The notes beneath the pieces are model-generated. The model saw nothing but the letters and a program-made list of their open reading frames with translations. It did not search any database and was not told the origin of the DNA. 64,000 nucleotides of DNA. Source: Histomonas meleagridis 2922-C6/04-290x. Taxonomy: Eukaryota; Protista; Parabasalia. Position 1 is the first letter of the stretch; each line of letters opens with the position of its first letter. This document shows, in pieces, positions 58,493-64,000 of this stretch. The stretch is from assembly GCA_020184695.1 (NCBI GenBank), contig JAANOX010000213.1:1931-65930 (forward strand), in the 5' to 3' direction. The position numbers were made by a program, and so were the translations under genes.

Positions 58493-61157
58493 ATGATTGA
58501 ACAAGAAAGAACAATTTCTGTTCATAAAAGTTCTCCAGAATTGAAAACTATACAGTCAATAAACCAAATAATATTCGAACTTGAACAAGATAATATAGAT
58601 TTATCTGCAGAGAAATTAATACAGTATTTTGATGAAAACTTAGTTTTCACATTTAATATTTTTTTATGTCAATTTGTATTTTCTTCATTCCGTTCTAAAA
58701 GAAAAGATTTTTCTCTATATTTCCAATTTTTAAAAACCATTGAAAATAAAGAAGAAAAAATCATTAAAAAAACCCCCACAAATTTTCAATCTTTTTCTTG
58801 ACTTTCTTCTAAAGGAAAAATGTGATGAATCAAAATATCTTATTGCTAAGTTAGCTTCCGAAAAGCTAATAGAATATGATTTTGATAAAGTTAAAACAAA
58901 ATTATATTTCATACATTTATTTTCAGATAAATTATTAAAAGAAATAAGTGATAGTCAACTTTATATATTCTTTGGACACAAAGAAAACATTGAAAACATC
59001 AAAAAATGATAATTGGAGAACTCATATAAAAAATATTAATGAAGGAAATCCGAATGAAATATCTAAAATAATTCGAAATGATGAAATCGAAAAACTTCAA
59101 GAGATTTCATCACAAAATAATTTCGATTTTAATCAATTTATTGTTCCATCATCTTATGAAAGATATTCATTTGTTAGGAATTGTGGTATTTCATTAATTG
59201 ATTATGCAGCATTTTATGGATCAATTAAATGTTTCAAATTTTTACTTATGAATGGAGCTAAAATATATAAAACAGGTGATTATGCTGTTGCAAATGGAAA
59301 TTTGGAAATAATTCATTTATGTGAACAAAATCATGCATCTTTTTACGGTTCTTTAGAAGCAGCAATTAAATTTCATCATAATGATATCTTCAAATATCTT
59401 TATAATGATTATATTAAAAAAAAAAATATATTTAATGCCAAGGATACCATTAAGAAATTTTTCGAAAGATAATTATTCTCCTTCACAAAAAATAGAAATA
59501 TTAAATAATTCTTTAAAAGATTTTGCTAATAATTGTATTGATTCATATAACTATGAAATTTTTTCATTTTTAGAAGGAGAAAAACTAATAATAAATAGAA
59601 TGATGATTTCGAAAGCAATAATAAATGGTAATTCTTATTTTGTTAAACATCTTTTGGAATACAATAAGATTCAAAACGAATATTTCATGCAAAATCAAAT
59701 CAATAAAACCATAAATAATATTTATAATAGGAATAAATTTGATATTAATGATCAAGATGTTCATCTAATTTAATTGATGTTTAATGTAAATATTTGAAGT
59801 TTTAAAACGATTTTTGGAATTTATTTAAATATTTTCAAACATTTCTAATTCTAGCAGTTGAAAAAAATTATATAGAAATAGTAAAAATACTTCTAGAACA
59901 AAATGAAATTGATGTTAATGTAAGAAATTTTCGTTTGTTATGTTTAATATTTATTTTAATAATTTAATATTTCAATATAATATTTAGATTTTGTTCAAAT
60001 TATTTCAAACAGCACTTATGATTGCATCTCAAAATGGTGAAGTTGAATTAGTAAAATTACTTCTTGATCAAGGGAGAACTGATTTAAATAATAAAATTAT
60101 TTACTTTCTTTAAATAAATTTTATTTCATGAATTTACAGTTTCATAAATATAATTTTTGTTTATTTATAATATTTGAAATGCTTCTAATGAATAAAAAAG
60201 GAATTAATAAAATAGAGATTGCTCAATTACTTCTCAAAACAATAGATATCAATAGTAAAAATATTTATTTGATTTATAAGTTAATTAATTTCATAATATG
60301 ATGTTTTAATATAATATTTGGAAATTATTCAAAATATTGCAAACACCACTTATGATTGCATCTATTTGTGGTAATATCGAAATTGTAAAATTACTTCTTG
60401 AGTATAAAGATATTGATATTAATGCAAAAGATGTTAATTTTTTATTGTATCACATTTATTTCTATAATATTGTTTTTTTCAAAATAAATCAGGAATTTAT
60501 GTAAACATTTTGAAGCAGCATTAATAAGAGCATCTGAATTATGTTATCAAGAAATAGTTCAATTACTTCTTGAACAAAAAGGTATTGATGTTAATATTAA
60601 AAATGTATAAATAAATTATTTAATTTTAATAACAATAATTTGATATTTTAAATTAATATTTGGAAATTATTAAAAATATTTTGGACATCACTTCATTGGG
60701 CAACTTCATTTGGTAATATAATAATCACACAATTACTTCTTAAACAAGAAGGAATTGATGTTAATATTAAAAATATTAAATTTTTGTAATTAATATTTAT
60801 TTTAATAATTTATTATTACAATAAAATATAAGGAATTTATTAAAGTTATTTGAAACGCCTCTTATAATTGCATCAAAAAATAGGAATACTGAAGTTGTTA
60901 AATTACTTCTTGAACGAAATGATATTGATGTTAATGCACAAAATAAGGAAGGCAAAACAGCAATTGTTGTTGCATCCATAAAGAATAATAAAGAAATAGT
61001 TGAATTACTTAAAAGGAAAGAAGGAATTAAATATGAAGAAAGTCAATTGAAGCAAACATTTCAGAAGCCAAGTGAAAATAAATCTTCGCTTGGATACTTA
61101 TTGATGTTAGCTGCACAATTTGATAAAAATAGTGGTAAAGGAATAAATTTATTATGA
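58493..61157 (+). CDS. DUF3447-ankyrin repeat protein, paralog of the minus-strand gene, interrupted by seven 68-70 nt inserts plus 5' frameshifts
   Basis: NPNEISKIIRNDEIEKLQ, LIDYAAFYGSIKCFKFLLMN; repeats TFLILAVEKN, TALMIASQNG, TPLMIASICG, AALIRAS, TSLHWATSFG, TPLIIAS, TAIVVAS; stop TGA at 61155-61157. Confidence 0.8.
59759..60842 (+). other. Seven fixed-length intervening sequences: 59759-59826, 59929-59996, 60099-60166, 60263-60330, 60605-60672, 60775-60842 (68 nt each), 60433-60502 (70 nt)
   Basis: Counted by hand as above; the ankyrin T codon recurs at 59839, 60009, 60179, 60343, 60515, 60685 and 60855. Confidence 0.88.
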
Positions 61158-61371
61158 AATTTCTTCAACGGCAACAAATAGAAAACACAAAGTAACTGTT
61201 TAATAGAAAAACAAACACAAATTTAGATAATAAACATAAAAATAAACAAGAATTTCATATTTATTTAATTTTTTTATTTTAATTTTGTTTGTTTAAAAAA
61301 AAAAAATTGTAAGGGTTGTTGGAGAAGTGGAAAATTTGAAAATTTCTAAATTATGATATTCACCAATAATT

Positions 61372-62130
61372 ATGAATTTGATCTTATATTTTTTGATTTC
61401 TTGTTCTATTGCATTTGAAACGAACGTTAATTCTTTTGGAAACGTTTTAAAAAAGAAAAAAAAAATGAATTCTTCTTATGAAAGAATGCAATATAGAATA
61501 TACGATTCTCTTCAGTTTATATGTAATCGTGAAATTAATCTTCGTGATGATGAGATAGCAAGACTTAAAGAAGAACTAGCAAAATTAAAATCAGAAATTG
61601 AAACTTATGATGAAAAATTCACTAATGAAAGTGTTATGCAAAAGGAGCTAAACAATTTAAAAAAGAAACTTTTAAGTTTAAAAAATAATCATCAAATTCA
61701 AGTTTCTCAACTTTCGATAGAACATCAAAACCAACTTCAAAAATTGTCACAATTACAACAAGAACATATTAATCAAAGTTCCAAATCAGAAACAGAAGTA
61801 TCCGATTTTACCGAAGCATTTTCAAATTTAATATACAATTCATCTTCTGAAGAAAATGAACTCCAAAACAAAATTACTGAACTAAAAAGATCCATACAAA
61901 TTGAGAAATCAAAAACACGTCAATTAAAATCAATTGTTAAGCAATCAGTAAACCCTATACCAAATCAATTCATAACACCTGAACTTCTTATGAGCCTTCC
62001 AAAAGATCAAAAATTATATATTGTTACTTCACTACAATCTCAAAACAAAGCGTTAAAACGTGAAATATGTCGACTTGACTCAATGATATATGGAAGACAT
62101 GGAAAATACCAAAAATGGAAAAACATTTAA
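61372..62130 (+). CDS. Coiled-coil protein of unknown function; real start probably the second Met near 61465
   Basis: Intact 252-codon ORF with long E/K/Q/L heptads. Confidence 0.65.
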   Translation: MNLILYFLISCSIAFETNVNSFGNVLKKKKKMNSSYERMQYRIYDSLQFICNREINLRDDEIARLKEELAKLKSEIETYDEKFTNESVMQKELNNLKKKLLSLKNNHQIQVSQLSIEHQNQLQKLSQLQQEHINQSSKSETEVSDFTEAFSNLIYNSSSEENELQNKITELKRSIQIEKSKTRQLKSIVKQSVNPIPNQFITPELLMSLPKDQKLYIVTSLQSQNKALKREICRLDSMIYGRHGKYQKWKNI

Positions 62131-63263
62131 TTGAAATGAATTCATTAAATTAAAACAAAGGAAAGAACACAAGGCATAAAAAAGCTCAAGAAAGAAATTG
62201 TAATAAATTATTAAAAGAACAATTTAATACATCCGAAAATCCGAAACTTGAATTAGACGAATCATTGATATGCCAATTTTGTATATCTTTAAGAGATGTC
62301 ATTCATCTGATAAATATACTAAAAGTATTAAATCATCAAATAAGATATTGTATGAACATTTCCGTACATTCTTCTCCAAGCTAGATGTGTAATTCAAGGA
62401 AATGGATCCAATTGATTTGAACAAGATACCAAATCATGGAAAATTCGTATTGTTCTTATTGTATGATGGTTGCAAAAGTACAAGTAAGATTCGAAGATAT
62501 CTAGAAACTTCTTCATAAGAAATTATATCATTGAACCCTTGTTTTAAAAATATCATGATTTTTTTTTATTTTAGAAAAGAACATAGTTAAAAAAATCGTA
62601 AAAGAAATCCAAAAGCCAATTTTTTGAAATTCACCGTGGAACAATGGCAGTTCGTGAGACCCATTATCTCAAAGTTGGAACTTCGATTCTTTCCGGTGAA
62701 ACTTTTTTTTCGTAAAAATTAAACGTGCACTTTTTTGACAAAAAGATTTTAAAAAGAATTTAAAATGATCTTTAAATCAATTTAAATCTATGAAATCAGT
62801 GATTGCAACCAAGGTTTTTTTGTTAAAATTTATTAGAAAATTTACATAAATAATTTAAAATTCAAGATATAAATTTCAAATTAATGCTGACGTATTTATA
62901 ATTTCATCAATAATTGTCATTCCTTTTTCCTATAAAAATTTTATTTACATTAAGATGGTATTTAATTACAGTTTCATTTCCTTTAGAAAAAAAGTAAAAT
63001 GATTTTGTTCACAAACACCTATTTATGAGATGACCAAAGCATTATTTAGAACATTATAGCTCTATTTTAATAAAACTAAAAAATTAATGACAAAAAAATT
63101 CCATAGCATTTGCATATCATCTTCGTAATCATAAATACAAATGAATAGAAGTAAATAAAATCTACAAAATGATTAACTAAACAACATATATCATAGTTAT
63201 CATAGTTTTAATTCATCACAAATTTATTTAATAAAAAGAAAATATATTTAAACATCAAATTTT

Positions 63264-63840
63264 TTAACAATTTTCAACTTTTTGTTTCCTTTCTTTCCTT
63301 TTATTTTTCTCTTTGCTGCTGACATACCATTTCACAACAAGGAATTTCCCTTCAACAAATTTGCCGTTAAGTGCATTAATTGCTGCAACTGCGCTTTTGT
63401 GGTCCGCCATATTGCAAAGTCCGGTTCCAAACTTCAAGAGAAGGGGAGATTTAACAGTACCAAATTGTGAGAACATATTGCCAAGATCTTCATTTGTAGT
63501 GATACTTGATGGAAGATTTTTGATATATAAATTAGTAGATAATTTGGGCTGTTTTTGTTTTGATTTAGGCTTTTTGGAATTATTGGAATTAAGTTTGACA
63601 GTGCTTAATGTATTTGGGTATATTATTTGCAGTGGTTTTGCTTGTTGATTTAAGTATGGTGCTTGTTGGTTTGTGCTAGAAATTTGTTGGTATCCTATCT
63701 GTTGATTTGGATATAATATTTGCTGGTACCCTGGCTGCTGGTTTAACATGCGACTTGTTGAAGTCCTTGTTGTTGATTTGGATACAACGTTTGCTGAAAT
63801 CCTATTTGCTAATTTGGATATTGCATTTGTTGAGAGCGTA
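63264..63840 (-). CDS. RRM protein with an N-terminal Gln-rich repeat; 5' part frameshifted
   Basis: NLYIKNLPS (RNP2), LGNMFSQFGTV, GTGLCNM (degenerate RNP1), AVAAINALNG; upstream YPNQQxGxQQ repeats. Confidence 0.75.
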
Positions 63841-64000
63841 GTAATTATTTTGGCTAAGTATTTATGATTTTAGATCTTTGCCACTCAGATTTAATACATT
63901 TGGAAACTGTTACTAACGATAATATTGCATTCAAAAATATTTTATGAGCAATTTCAATTTGAATTGACCGTTCGCTGTGTTTGGGATCCTGACGACAAAA

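Noticed and set aside
56320-60842. Ankyrin inserts as ordinary spliceosomal introns, or as a CRISPR-like repeat-spacer array
   Set aside because: No AG at frame-restoring 3' ends and no ACTAAC branch motif. The conserved units are protein-coding ankyrin repeats, not identical DNA repeats, and there are no cas genes.
1-64000. rRNA, tRNA, CRISPR arrays or prokaryotic operons
   Set aside because: None recognised by eye; a covariance-model search (Infernal/tRNAscan-SE) would be needed to exclude small RNAs.

Overview
Very AT-rich eukaryotic DNA, most likely a parabasalid protist (Tritrichomonas/Histomonas-like, inferred from the actin N-terminus, DUF3447-ankyrin genes, kinase-Sel1 genes and Maverick-type remnants). 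The assembly appears to carry long-read indel errors. Layout: (1) 1-1028, an indel-riddled actin copy; (2) ~1340-18863, one giant gene (~5,800 codons, broken by frameshifts) encoding pseudokinase + Sel1 + six midasin-type AAA modules + long linker + three VWA domains; (3) ~19-48 kb, a graveyard of nested DNA transposons (MULE/SWIM, Tc1, mariner, pogo, Merlin) and Polinton/Maverick-like virus remnants (integrase, pPolB, three capsid fragments, core genes, fibre genes with phage tail-fibre motifs); (4) 48.3-64 kb, host genes (BAR-like, Sel1-repeat, Prp43/DHX15, pseudokinase-Sel1, two divergent ankyrin genes, coiled-coil, RRM). The standout signal: both ankyrin genes are interrupted at the same position between repeats by 12 AT-rich, frame-shifting inserts, most with an early in-frame stop. 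Ten are exactly 68 nt (the others 69 and 70). They lack GT-AG ends and the parabasalid branch-point motif. Removing them restores the ankyrin period, which points to an unexplained, apparently length-measured processing system (non-canonical splicing, ribosomal bypass or DNA excision). All translations and counts were done by hand; no database searches were run.
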